DNA of 53,515 bases from a virus (IMGVR_UViG_3300029267_001921:1-53515); one strand, 5' to 3'; numbered from the stretch's first letter, positions 29,853 through 39,683 are shown. Translations and numbers: made by a program. The notes: a model not told the origin generated them from the sequence alone.

Positions 29853-30239
29853 ATGTTGTATTTAAAATTAGATGGAACAACAATTTTAGATCATGATTAT
29901 AGTCAACATGACGATTATCAAACAGAAGTAGAATATACACAACTCAGAAACAGTGATGGTGACTATATTTATAAATATGAAAACAGTCAATTAGTTTCAT
30001 TATCGGGTGCAGAAATTACTGCTCATCCAAATTATAAGACAAGAAAAATTGGTGAATTAAAAGATCAAGTTAAAACTGATATACAAATATTAGATGAACA
30101 GAAGGCTCACTCACTTGCCTTGAAAAAGGCGATGGGAAATGAATTAACAACAGATGAAACAACATTTGTGAATAATTTTCTTACTCAAAGGCAGTCCATA
30201 TTGGACCAATATGAGACTGACAAACAACAGTATGAATAA
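29853..30239 (+). CDS. Putative tail fibre assembly chaperone
   Basis: 128 aa directly after a fibre gene, with a YIYKYEN beta part followed by a helical C-terminus. Confidence 0.45.
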   Translation: MLYLKLDGTTILDHDYSQHDDYQTEVEYTQLRNSDGDYIYKYENSQLVSLSGAEITAHPNYKTRKIGELKDQVKTDIQILDEQKAHSLALKKAMGNELTTDETTFVNNFLTQRQSILDQYETDKQQYE

Positions 30240-30252
30240 GAGGTAAAGCAAT

Positions 30253-32772
30253 ATGTCTATTGTAAAGCAAGCCAATAAAGGAATGAAGGTTAAGAAATCC
30301 ACACAAGCGGATATAAGAAGAGTTAACCTTTTGGACGACAATACAGTTCGTGAGGGAATGTTAATAGATGGTGTGGTTGCATTTAATAAACTAAACCCAG
30401 CAATTCAAAACTCTATGTCTGATAGTTGGCAAAATTGGGTCGGCGAACCATATGACGACCAACCCAGTTCTGCTGCAAATCCCAGAGGATTAAATTTTGA
30501 CGATCTTAAAGTATCATTTAGTTTTGAGCGAGTGACCATTGATAAAATTAGACCAATTGAGGGCGAAAAGGATGATAATAAAAGATTGGTTTGGGAGATA
30601 ATTGCACCACAAAAAGACAAGCGATGTAGAATGATGGGAACGTGGAATACCCAAACCACATCAAACGGCACCAGAACTTCAATAGTATCACCACCAAGTG
30701 GTTATACTGATATGATATTATCCATAACCTTTGTTGGAACTGGGTTAAATATCCTTCATTATGCACATCCAACAGCAAGACTTGACTGTGATATCTATGT
30801 GGATGGTGTTGACAGTGGAAATGATTACAGTTCTACCGGACTTCAAGGAATAGGTGGTGGGCGTAATGTTGATACAAATACGGTTTTTAATTTGGTTTCT
30901 GGATTATCCTATGGGGTCCATACGGTTGAGTTAATACCAAACAATGCAAATGGTAGTCGCGATATACATTTATATGGATTTGAAGTAATCACAATTGATT
31001 CGGATGAATTAAAATGTAGAGCAGGTGATTGTTATATAAAGAATCAAAAAGTAAGTAAATCAGTTGTTACATCTTGGGCAAACCCAGACGGAACACAAGA
31101 TTCAGACGGTGTGACAGTCAATTCACCAAATAGAGGTGCAAAAGTTCTGGAATGTTTAGATGAAGATGGAAACAGAAAATTCTATACAACAAATACAGAT
31201 AATAGTCATAAGTATTTTAATAATACAGATCATAGTAATGAGGAAGTGCAGAAATATTATAATTGGAGAAGTTTCGGGGTCGGAAGGGGCGATGATTTCT
31301 CACAATTGTTTAGCACAAGTGATCACGCCTTCACAATGGATGATAATCTCACTTCTCTTGTCTGTGAAGATTGTACCCACAGTTCTGCGGGTTATTCATC
31401 TCAAGATTGTTTAAGAACAACAAGTTCAAGTTCCAGAATTTATTTTACATTTGTTGGAACAGGTGTTGACATTGTATTTGATAATCCAGCGGGCGCGACA
31501 CCCGATAGTCATTCATTTAGTGTTGATAACGGAACATATGGAAGTTGGTCTGGTGGTATGGAAGAAGGTCATTATATTCGTCCTGTGTGTTCACAGGCAC
31601 CATACGGAACTCACGTATTGTCGATTTCAAGAGGTGCATCTACAAGTAATCATGCCTATATCGCTGGATTTATAGTTTATGAAAATAAGACACCTAAATT
31701 TGTCAAACTAAATAAACCAACAGATTGGGAGTCAACTGAAGGTTATTGGGATCTTCCAGATAATGTTATACCACTCACTATTTACAACATATTAGCCGAT
31801 TGGAACGCAAACACATTTTCAACTAATCCCGGTCAGATAGCAAGAGGCATAATAAGACATCATTGTTTAAGAGAATTTACATTTGGTGGAACTGGATTTG
31901 TTATATCCTCTCCTGTTGACTCAGCGAAGCCCGGTGGATTTCAAGTCTATTCACCAACATCTGGTGATTATATTGAATTTCAATTTTATGGTACAGGATT
32001 TGACTTCAGGTTCCACGGTCATGCCACATCGGATCATCAGGTAAACGTAAAAATAGACGGTGCAAATTACACAGGTGCAGCAACAGCATACGGGAGTGGC
32101 ATTACATGGACACCAGCATCATCTTATCTGGACCAGGCTGGTGTTGCTGGAGATCATAATTGTGGTTTTTATGTGACAGGATTGACGTTAGGATTACATA
32201 CCGTGAGATTCACCTGTAGTGGTGCAAGCAATATGAGAGTATCTTGTATAGATATCATTACACCAATACACCATAGTCAATTTCCACTTCCAAATAGAAA
32301 CACAACACAATCACATTTACAGAAAGGTAATTGTGCTGTTCAAGATCTAAGAGTGTTTACCCCAGTTAAAGGATTGGAAGAAGGAGAAAAAAGATGGGCG
32401 GTTGCCACAGGAATAACTTCAACCCCAAGTGTCACGGCTACATATGATATTCCTATGGCTGATATGTCTATCAACTGGTATTCAGACGGAAAGAAAGCGA
32501 CAAGAGTGCATTTTCAAGGCTCTATGAGAATTAGTGCATCTCCTCAATATATGTTTTTATCTATTTGGATTGATGGCAAACAAGTACCGAGTGGTAATAA
32601 TTATGGTTATGCAGAATATAGTTCAGCAGCAAGCGCGGACGATATTGTTTCTTTTGAGTGGATTGGACTGCTACCAAAAGGATATCACCAAATAGCAATA
32701 TATTGGAGAGTTGCAGCCAACACCGGATACAACAGAGAAGACAGAAGGGCACTACACGTACACGAAATATAA
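30253..32772 (+). CDS. Putative receptor-binding protein A (three CBM-like jelly-roll modules plus a C-terminal domain)
   Basis: Three F(V/Y)GTG...DG...G(V/T/L)H(T/V) modules; ends RRALHVHEI; paralogue of 32794-35226. Confidence 0.65.
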   Translation: MSIVKQANKGMKVKKSTQADIRRVNLLDDNTVREGMLIDGVVAFNKLNPAIQNSMSDSWQNWVGEPYDDQPSSAANPRGLNFDDLKVSFSFERVTIDKIRPIEGEKDDNKRLVWEIIAPQKDKRCRMMGTWNTQTTSNGTRTSIVSPPSGYTDMILSITFVGTGLNILHYAHPTARLDCDIYVDGVDSGNDYSSTGLQGIGGGRNVDTNTVFNLVSGLSYGVHTVELIPNNANGSRDIHLYGFEVITIDSDELKCRAGDCYIKNQKVSKSVVTSWANPDGTQDSDGVTVNSPNRGAKVLECLDEDGNRKFYTTNTDNSHKYFNNTDHSNEEVQKYYNWRSFGVGRGDDFSQLFSTSDHAFTMDDNLTSLVCEDCTHSSAGYSSQDCLRTTSSSSRIYFTFVGTGVDIVFDNPAGATPDSHSFSVDNGTYGSWSGGMEEGHYIRPVCSQAPYGTHVLSISRGASTSNHAYIAGFIVYENKTPKFVKLNKPTDWESTEGYWDLPDNVIPLTIYNILADWNANTFSTNPGQIARGIIRHHCLREFTFGGTGFVISSPVDSAKPGGFQVYSPTSGDYIEFQFYGTGFDFRFHGHATSDHQVNVKIDGANYTGAATAYGSGITWTPASSYLDQAGVAGDHNCGFYVTGLTLGLHTVRFTCSGASNMRVSCIDIITPIHHSQFPLPNRNTTQSHLQKGNCAVQDLRVFTPVKGLEEGEKRWAVATGITSTPSVTATYDIPMADMSINWYSDGKKATRVHFQGSMRISASPQYMFLSIWIDGKQVPSGNNYGYAEYSSAASADDIVSFEWIGLLPKGYHQIAIYWRVAANTGYNREDRRALHVHEI

Positions 32773-32793
32773 TACATTAACGGAGATTAAACT

Positions 32794-35226
32794 ATGACTA
32801 TACCAATTTCAGGAAATGTCCAACAGTTTGGATTTCAGAATTTTGTTGTCGAACCAAATGATGACCAATCCAGTTCCAATACGAACCCCAGAGGATTGAA
32901 TTTGGATGATCTCAAGCCGAGTTTTGGGGTTGAGAGAATAAACATAGATCAAATGTATGAACTGGAGGGTGAAAAAGACGATAACGATAAAACAGTTTTA
33001 GAAATAACAACACCTCAAAAAGATAAACGGTGTAGATTCTTTGGAAATTGGAAAATAGAAGTTGGATCTACTGGTTCACAGATATCAATACAGAATTTAC
33101 CTGCTGGTTATACAAATAAAGTATTATCCGTTACTTTCATTGGTACAGGTTTAAATATATTAGCCTTGAATGGCATCACAGCTACCAGACTTTCATGTGA
33201 TATATATTTAGACGGCGTTGATACCGGAAACACATTCCAATCTATAGCTGATAATGTTCTCAGTAATAAAAACGTGAAAACCAATGAGACTTTCAATTTA
33301 GTTTCTAATATACCATATGGAATTCATACTGTTGATCTTTATCCAACTTCCGGATCTCCGAACGGAAGTAGAGATATTAGAATGTACGGTTTTGAAATAA
33401 TCGTAGACGACTCGGATGAAATAAAAAGACAGGCAGGAAGTTATTTCATAAATGGAAAACTAACGCAGGTTAATTCTGATAGTTGGGCAAATCCAGATGG
33501 CGGAACAGATAGTGATGGAATCTCTGTCAATCCAAATGATACCGGGGCTAAGATATTAGAGTGCATCAACACTAAAGGAGAAAGAAAATATTATACTACA
33601 AATGTTCCGGCTTCACCCTCATATACATCCAGTGTGGATCATTCAGATGAAGAAATTCAGAAAGCATACTATTGGAGAGAATTTGGTGCAGGATTGACAA
33701 GTGATTTCAGCAGAGGTGTTATAAGTGGAACTGCCTACGCTTGTTTTGTGTTGGATGATAATGTTACATCACTGATGGGGCATCATATAACAACACAATT
33801 CCTGGGTTCTCCTGCAAAAGATTGTCTTTCAATGGATGGCAGTGGTGATGAAATACTCTTAACATTTGTTGGTACTGGTTTAGATTTAGTGTGGGCTGGA
33901 CACAACGCAACACCCGGAACACTTAATCAGACAACCTTTTATGTAGATGGAACAAGTGTTGAGGTATTCGCTCCTACCAATGTTGACAACACTTTAAAGG
34001 TTAAACCGATTGTTTCTGGTTTATTTTATGGAACACATACACTGAAAATCAGAACAACAGGAGCGGCAGGAACAGTAAGATTCTGTATAAAGGATTTCAT
34101 AGTATACGAACCAAAAACACCTAAATTCTTCAAACTAAATAAACCAACAAATTGGGAGTCAAACGAAGGATACTGGGACTTACCAAACGATGTAATGTCT
34201 TTGACCTGTTATAATATATTCGCTGATTTTTCTGGTTTTACTGGGGCCAGTGATATAATGAAAATGAGTCAAGGTGTTCTAAGGCATCACGCACAAAGAG
34301 AAATAGTTTATTCTGGCTCTAACTGGTCAACAAGTTATAATACAAACACACACGCAAGTTTTTATTCCAGTACCAATGCGCAGAATGAATATTGCGAGTT
34401 CATATTCTTCGGCACTGGAACGACATTCAGATATTTTGATGGTGCTGGATTCTCACAGAATGTAAGAGTGCAATTGGATGATTTCAGTGGTGCTGGATAT
34501 CAGGATCTAAATTCAGGTAATTTTGGCACTTTAACTTTTGCATATTCTGATGCTGATCCAAGAGTTGGTGCAGATAGCGCATACATCAATCAGGATGTTG
34601 AAGCTGGTTCTTTTTACAATAAGGAAGTTCGTTATTCTGACCTGCCACTGGGTTTATATAAAATTAAGTTGTTGAAAAACGATGCTGGTGTATTACCGCT
34701 TAACATCAATTCATTTGATGTCATAACACCTATCCATCACTCACAAATGCCTATAGGCAACATGAACCCAACTCAAGTAACAAACACCATAGGCAATTGC
34801 GCAATGAAGGATTTAAGGGAACTATCTCCTGTTAAAGATAGCAAAGGTGCAAAACGAATAGCAACAGCAAGAGGTGTTGCAAGTGCACCAGCAATAAGTG
34901 CCAACAGTTATGTTCCCATGCCTGATATGTATATCAATTGGTATTCCGATGGAATAAACCCCACCAGAATATCTTTTATTGGTATGATATACGGTTCTGT
35001 TGTATCTGGACCTTTGCTTACAGATATATACATAGACGGTGTTTCAGCAGATGTAGTTTCAAAGGTTGACGTGAAAACCGCCAGTTATGATGACCTATTA
35101 ACAATAGAATGGGTTGGTATTCTTTCCAAAGGAACACATCATATTGAGGTAAAATGGAGAAGTGATAACGGATGGACAATAACATTGGATGGAACATTAA
35201 GAAGATTATTTGTTCATGAAATATAA
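32794..35226 (+). CDS. Putative receptor-binding protein B (paralogue of A)
   Basis: Colinear with A: NPRGLN, PQKDKRCR, SWANPDG, TPKFxKLNKPTxWES, ITPIHHSQ, PMxDMxINWYSDG and RRxxVHEI. Confidence 0.65.
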   Translation: MTIPISGNVQQFGFQNFVVEPNDDQSSSNTNPRGLNLDDLKPSFGVERINIDQMYELEGEKDDNDKTVLEITTPQKDKRCRFFGNWKIEVGSTGSQISIQNLPAGYTNKVLSVTFIGTGLNILALNGITATRLSCDIYLDGVDTGNTFQSIADNVLSNKNVKTNETFNLVSNIPYGIHTVDLYPTSGSPNGSRDIRMYGFEIIVDDSDEIKRQAGSYFINGKLTQVNSDSWANPDGGTDSDGISVNPNDTGAKILECINTKGERKYYTTNVPASPSYTSSVDHSDEEIQKAYYWREFGAGLTSDFSRGVISGTAYACFVLDDNVTSLMGHHITTQFLGSPAKDCLSMDGSGDEILLTFVGTGLDLVWAGHNATPGTLNQTTFYVDGTSVEVFAPTNVDNTLKVKPIVSGLFYGTHTLKIRTTGAAGTVRFCIKDFIVYEPKTPKFFKLNKPTNWESNEGYWDLPNDVMSLTCYNIFADFSGFTGASDIMKMSQGVLRHHAQREIVYSGSNWSTSYNTNTHASFYSSTNAQNEYCEFIFFGTGTTFRYFDGAGFSQNVRVQLDDFSGAGYQDLNSGNFGTLTFAYSDADPRVGADSAYINQDVEAGSFYNKEVRYSDLPLGLYKIKLLKNDAGVLPLNINSFDVITPIHHSQMPIGNMNPTQVTNTIGNCAMKDLRELSPVKDSKGAKRIATARGVASAPAISANSYVPMPDMYINWYSDGINPTRISFIGMIYGSVVSGPLLTDIYIDGVSADVVSKVDVKTASYDDLLTIEWVGILSKGTHHIEVKWRSDNGWTITLDGTLRRLFVHEI

Positions 35227-35240
35227 TAAGGAGATAAGAT

Positions 35241-35609
35241 ATGATTTTCAGGGCAGAAAAAGAATTGGATACAATTGGTATCATAGATGAAATCAAAGCA
35301 CTTGGTTATACTGATATTGCGTGCCACGGCAACCACCCTGATGGTTATTGTGAGGTAGAAATATACGATGAGGTCGAATGGGATCAAGCTAAAGAAGATG
35401 AAGTAAACCAAGCCCTCACAGATCACAACAAGACAACATCCGAGGAAAACAGACAGAAGAAACTTGACGCACTTGCTTGGGCGAAAGAAGATGGCTGTAC
35501 CAAAAATTGGGATGACATGGAAACATACCATAGGAAAGCACTCAATGGTGTAGAATTGTCTGCTGGTGAAGAATCAGCAATGATTACAGCATATGAAGCC
35601 ACTCTATAA
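35241..35609 (+). CDS. Putative fibre chaperone / hypothetical protein
   Basis: 122 aa, acidic, after RBP B, RBS AAGGAG. Its C-terminal helices loosely resemble 29853-30239 (KALNGVELS versus KAMGNELT). Confidence 0.45.
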   Translation: MIFRAEKELDTIGIIDEIKALGYTDIACHGNHPDGYCEVEIYDEVEWDQAKEDEVNQALTDHNKTTSEENRQKKLDALAWAKEDGCTKNWDDMETYHRKALNGVELSAGEESAMITAYEATL

Positions 35610-35642
35610 TAGAACAGTTAAACTCCTAGCAGGTATGATATA

Positions 35643-35822
35643 ATGGATAAATGGATTAAAAATGAAGATCTCAAGGAAGAATTCTCTAATTTAACCAAGA
35701 TGTTTACCGAATTATTAGTTGAGGTTGAAAGGATTTGCGGAAAAAGAAAACCAAAACGAGTGAAGGAAATAATGAATGAGATCATTGAGAAATTCAAGGA
35801 AATCCGCAATACTGTTTATTAA
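35643..35822 (+). CDS. Small helical protein (59 aa), absent from the ORF track
   Basis: MDKWIKNEDLKEEFSNLTKMFTELLVEVERICGKRKPKRVKEIMNEIIEKFKEIRNTVY* fills the gap between neighbours. Confidence 0.55.
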   Translation: MDKWIKNEDLKEEFSNLTKMFTELLVEVERICGKRKPKRVKEIMNEIIEKFKEIRNTVY

Positions 35823-35840
35823 CCATAGGAGGAAAGATTT

Positions 35841-36032
35841 ATGAACGTATTAATTTGGATCAAAGACAATTATGTAATTATTTTGGAGGCAGCAATGGCA
35901 TTAGTGGTTGCAGCAGAGGTCATCACAAGACTTACACCAACCAAGAAAGATGACGGATTCGTTGAGCGCATTGGTGGTATTATAAGAAAGACAATGGATC
36001 TTCTTAAAATACCTAATATTAAGAAACCTTAA
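35841..36032 (+). CDS. Putative holin-like small membrane protein
   Basis: 63 aa, one hydrophobic helix followed by ITRLTPTKKDD, basic C-terminus, strong AGGAGG RBS. Confidence 0.55.
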   Translation: MNVLIWIKDNYVIILEAAMALVVAAEVITRLTPTKKDDGFVERIGGIIRKTMDLLKIPNIKKP

Positions 36033-36050
36033 TCACAATATTGGACAATA

Positions 36051-36317
36051 ATGAAACACACCTTGATCCTCATATTACTGATGAATACTGTATTTGCGGG
36101 GCCTTTGCTTGATAAAAAATTGGCTGATGAAGTGAAGGCTCCAAATGCAGTCTATTATTTTAATTCAGAGGATAATGTTGTGATTCCTGCGCCGTCAAAA
36201 GAAGACTGTAAAGATCAATGTGATAATTCATGGTTTTGTAATCCTAGTTTTTTCTTGATGATGGTTGGGGTAGGTTTAGTATCAGGATTAATTATAGGTT
36301 TGGAAGTAAAACAATGA
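36051..36317 (+). CDS. Secreted protein with a C-terminal TM helix (spanin-like candidate)
   Basis: Signal peptide MKHTLILILLMNTVFA, three Cys, and a C-terminal Gly-rich TM segment. Confidence 0.5.
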   Translation: MKHTLILILLMNTVFAGPLLDKKLADEVKAPNAVYYFNSEDNVVIPAPSKEDCKDQCDNSWFCNPSFFLMMVGVGLVSGLIIGLEVKQ

Positions 36318-36517
36318 GAGTAGATTTGAATCAGTTACAATTCAAATTGATAAAACCAAAACAACCAGAGGAATGGTTAATGCGGATAAAAGTAAATAAG
36401 GATGGAAATGAATTAGATATCGACCTCACCTTTAAAGAAGTAATGGATTTAATTGGTTTATTAGAGGTAGGAAAAAATGAGTTATTCAAACGTAACAATA
36501 AAAAAGATGACTCGTGA
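36314..36517 (+). CDS. Hypothetical protein
   Basis: 67 aa, ATGA-coupled to the upstream gene. Confidence 0.5.
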   Translation: MRVDLNQLQFKLIKPKQPEEWLMRIKVNKDGNELDIDLTFKEVMDLIGLLEVGKNELFKRNNKKDDS

Positions 36518-36713
36518 AGAATGCAAAGAATTAATAGAGCAAGCAGAAAGTCTTATAAACAAATTAAGAACTCTGTTTAGAATATGTTGGAACTGTAATA
36601 CAAGAAATAAACACCTAAAGGATATAGAAACCCACGTTATCACCTGCCATAAATGCGGAGAATGGTTCTACATAGGATACAACATAGCTGACTTGAGGAA
36701 GAAAATTGGATAA
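36477..36713 (+). CDS. Small Zn-ribbon protein (start possibly at 36507)
   Basis: CWNC...CHKC motifs. Confidence 0.55.
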   Translation: MSYSNVTIKKMTREECKELIEQAESLINKLRTLFRICWNCNTRNKHLKDIETHVITCHKCGEWFYIGYNIADLRKKIG

Positions 36714-37332
36714 AATTATTATCACAGTAGTAGGTATTTTTACCACATTTTCATTAGGATTGATTGCGTGGTTTTTCAGACGACTGATAAAGAATAACGA
36801 CACACAGCATCAGGAATTAAAAATAAAAACAGATTCATTAAAAACGTCAATAGAAAATGACTTTAAAGGAATAAGAGAGGAAATTCAAGATAACCAAAAA
36901 GAAATAATGGAAGTAAATAAAATTGTTACACAGGTTGACGCAAAGCAGGAAAGATTGGACATTTTTTCAACAAAAATAGATAGTATACATACAGAGGTAA
37001 AAAAACATTCAGAATTTGTGGACAAAGTAAATGAAAAAGTAGAGAATAATGTAAGAGAGATAAAACATATAAAGGATTTCATAGAAAAACCGATACCAGA
37101 TATAGATATTGCTCATATTTTGGAAAGTCCTCTGTTGTCGGTTAAAGAGAAGAAGGAAATCCAACGCCATAAGAAACACTTACTTATACATGAGCCGCAT
37201 TTGGTTGAAGCGTTTGTTAAACATTTAGAGGAGAAAATAAAGAAACTTGCCGAAAACAAAAAAGTAGGTATGGTTGACATAGACAGAGGATATAGGGTTA
37301 GCGAATCGTTAATTAAAAAGGATAAGAAATGA
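36706..37332 (+). CDS. N-terminal TM plus coiled-coil protein (holin or i-spanin-like)
   Basis: TM segment IIITVVGIFTTFSLGLIAWFF followed by a long heptad region; directly upstream of the peptidase. Confidence 0.55.
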   Translation: MDKIIITVVGIFTTFSLGLIAWFFRRLIKNNDTQHQELKIKTDSLKTSIENDFKGIREEIQDNQKEIMEVNKIVTQVDAKQERLDIFSTKIDSIHTEVKKHSEFVDKVNEKVENNVREIKHIKDFIEKPIPDIDIAHILESPLLSVKEKKEIQRHKKHLLIHEPHLVEAFVKHLEEKIKKLAENKKVGMVDIDRGYRVSESLIKKDKK

Positions 37333-37814
37333 ACGTATTTTCTATATTTTCGTGTCAAGAAAAGGAAACAAAATTGGATAACATGAGAAACATTGCGTTA
37401 GGGTACATTTGGAGTTATTTAGGAAAATGGTATAAATGGGGTGGTGACGATCCTGCTGGATTTGATTGTTCAGGATTAGCTGTTGAATATTTAAAAAGTA
37501 TAGGAGCAATAAAAAGGAAGTCAGACTACACTGCTGCTGCACTTTTTAAAATGTTCAAAGATTTAGGTTGTGAAGTTGAGAAACCACATAAAGGATGTTT
37601 GGTATTTTGGGAAAATGAAAATCATAAAATTATCCACGTTGAAATTATGTTAAATGAGAAACAAACCATAGGAGCATCTGGTGGTGGAAGTAAAACACTT
37701 ACAGAGGCAGATGCAATAAAACATAATGCGTTCATTAAAGTACGCACCTTTTTCTCAAGGCCCTGTGTTGCTGGGTTCGTAGATCCGTTCTTATTAAATA
37801 TATTTAAGGATTAA
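37329..37814 (+). CDS. NlpC/P60 peptidoglycan endopeptidase (probable endolysin)
   Basis: YLGKWYKWGG...GFDCSGL catalytic Cys motif, then GCLVFW and HVEI His motif. Confidence 0.9.
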   Translation: MNVFSIFSCQEKETKLDNMRNIALGYIWSYLGKWYKWGGDDPAGFDCSGLAVEYLKSIGAIKRKSDYTAAALFKMFKDLGCEVEKPHKGCLVFWENENHKIIHVEIMLNEKQTIGASGGGSKTLTEADAIKHNAFIKVRTFFSRPCVAGFVDPFLLNIFKD

Positions 37815-37817
37815 TTT

Positions 37818-38462
37818 ATGAAAACAATTATTGTCTTTTTCTTTTGTCTTTTTTTCTTCTCTTGTGGGCATCAAAAGTATGTCCATGATAAAGCCTTTAT
37901 CTCGCCTACAGACACAGGGTCTTCAGAATATCATGCGTTAATCAACAATGCGTTATGTAAGGATATGGATGGCAAAGTAGGAGCGTGTTTCAAGAGGGTG
38001 AAATCCAATGAGGATTTAGAAATAAAAATAATGGCACAGCAATATGAATATAGATTTGTGCTTACTTGTAGTTCAGAGTTGGATTTTAATACCTCAATTG
38101 ATGTTCTTAAAATGAAAGAATTAAGATTAACTGTACCATACACAAAATACAAAAATTTAAAATCATTTACTTGTAGGGGAAAGATCTACCCAAAGGATCG
38201 TGAAGAGGCAATTGCCATGAGATTTACTTTTAGGGTGGAGATTATAAGTGCTACATACACGCCGAGGGAGGCAATGGTTATTGTAGCAAAGGATGACAAG
38301 AATATTCTTATTTTAGGCCAGCATGCACTACACAGTAGAGTGTACGATTGCGAAGAATGGCATTACTACTACAAGGAACCTTTCATTGAGGTCCATGATT
38401 TAAAGAAACTTAGAGCAATATCTGAATCATTTTTAGGGAGAATGAATTATTATGGATTCTAA
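37818..38462 (+). CDS. Lipoprotein of unknown function
   Basis: MKTIIVFFFCLFFFS-C lipobox-like signal and several further Cys residues. Confidence 0.65.
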   Translation: MKTIIVFFFCLFFFSCGHQKYVHDKAFISPTDTGSSEYHALINNALCKDMDGKVGACFKRVKSNEDLEIKIMAQQYEYRFVLTCSSELDFNTSIDVLKMKELRLTVPYTKYKNLKSFTCRGKIYPKDREEAIAMRFTFRVEIISATYTPREAMVIVAKDDKNILILGQHALHSRVYDCEEWHYYYKEPFIEVHDLKKLRAISESFLGRMNYYGF

Positions 38463-38748
38463 AGGTGATCCTAAGAAACCCGATTATAAGAAACATCTAC
38501 AGCACAAATTGACTGTCGAGCAGTTGGACAATCTGGCAAATGAGGTGTTGGATCGCTCTGGTAAACTAGGCACCATAAAGAGAATCTATTTTGCCGTGCT
38601 CTTATTAGCCATTTTTGCATATTTCTGGACAAGACGCAAGATAGTCAAAGAGCAGTTATTGGCTGAGAAACAAATCTTAGAGCAGGAGCAAAACTTGACA
38701 GACCAAGAAGAGTTTGGTAAAGATGACATGGATGTGGAGAAAAATTAA
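38452..38748 (+). CDS. Single-TM membrane protein
   Basis: IYFAVLLLAIFAYFW hydrophobic segment flanked by charged regions. Confidence 0.6.
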   Translation: MDSKGDPKKPDYKKHLQHKLTVEQLDNLANEVLDRSGKLGTIKRIYFAVLLLAIFAYFWTRRKIVKEQLLAEKQILEQEQNLTDQEEFGKDDMDVEKN

Positions 38749-38825
38749 AAGGTATTTGAAAGCAGATCGGAAAACGTGGATCAATCGTATAATGTTTATA
38801 TTTACAAAAGTTATAAGGCTTCATT

Positions 38826-39113
38826 ATGAGCGAAAATGAAATCAAAACAGTAACAAATAAAAAGATAGCAAAATTGATCGAAGAATTTGATAGCAATCCA
38901 AATGCCTTTAATGACTCCCCCCTTAAAGACTTAATACTTGAGCGTAAGGATGTAGCGGATAAAGAAAGACTGTATGTAAAGGAAATCAAAGAATTTCAGC
39001 AACAAATCATGAATAAATTAAAAGAGGCATCTGATAATTTTTTAAAAATGAAAGGCCAAATTGAATATATAGAGAATAAGTTGTTGAAAATGATGGAGAA
39101 ACAAAATGTCTAA
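38826..39113 (+). CDS. Coiled-coil hypothetical protein
   Basis: 95 aa, helical. Confidence 0.55.
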   Translation: MSENEIKTVTNKKIAKLIEEFDSNPNAFNDSPLKDLILERKDVADKERLYVKEIKEFQQQIMNKLKEASDNFLKMKGQIEYIENKLLKMMEKQNV

Positions 39114-39432
39114 AATAGCAATTATCCTTATTTTGACTCATTTTAGTATGGGTGGGTTAAGGGCTGAACCCCTACCACCTCCACCAGCCGATGATATTAA
39201 AAAGGGTGAAACATACATAGCTGAAGAGGATTCAAAGGTTTTACCAAAGGTGGAATATGACTATTTTCTGAAAATGGAACGTTGTTGCGATAAGTACACG
39301 GATATAGCAATAAATTGCATGGAGGGCGAACTGCCAAAGAAATCTAAGCCGTTAATCGGCAATCCATATTTTTGGGGAGCATTAGGAATGGGGTTGATAG
39401 GAGGATTTGCGGTCGGTTATTTTGCACGTTAA
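39106..39432 (+). CDS. Secreted protein with a C-terminal TM helix (spanin-like candidate)
   Basis: Signal peptide, PLPPPP linker, three Cys and a C-terminal NPYFWGALGMGLIGGFAVG TM segment. Confidence 0.5.
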   Translation: MSKIAIILILTHFSMGGLRAEPLPPPPADDIKKGETYIAEEDSKVLPKVEYDYFLKMERCCDKYTDIAINCMEGELPKKSKPLIGNPYFWGALGMGLIGGFAVGYFAR

Positions 39433-39449
39433 TGGTCCCATCTTTTTTC

Positions 39450-39478
39450 TTGACGAATCCAAAATGATGTAGTATATT
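39450..39478 (+). promoter_or_regulatory. Sigma70-type promoter
   Basis: TTGACG-17 nt-TATATT. Confidence 0.6.
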
Positions 39479-39683
39479 AGGCCCCTAATGTAAATACCCT
39501 CTAATTTGTTTTTTAGGGAAAATCACAGCGTAATAGGGGCCATGTACGGGATGTATTTGGCCCATTTATTTTCTATAATGCGGTGCGCGATAAATGACAT
39601 TTTTAGGGAGAAAAAAAATTCACTTTTTCCTTGACAGGCTTAGATACTCCATGAATAAAGTATCCTAAAAGAAGAAAAATATC

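Noticed and set aside
30253-35226. Diversity-generating retroelement acting on the RBP C-termini
   Set aside because: There is no reverse transcriptase in the window and I found no near-identical repeat pair with adenine-specific mismatches. The paralogue differences are general divergence. A remote template elsewhere in the genome cannot be excluded.
30253-35609. Invertible tail-fibre cassette (shufflon or Gin/Cin type)
   Set aside because: All genes are on the same strand with their own starts. No invertase or flanking inverted repeats were seen.
37329-37382. Lipoprotein or SAR signal on the NlpC/P60 protein (MNVFSIFSC)
   Set aside because: The hydrophobic stretch is too short and lacks a basic n-region. 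The alternative start at 37383 is also plausible.
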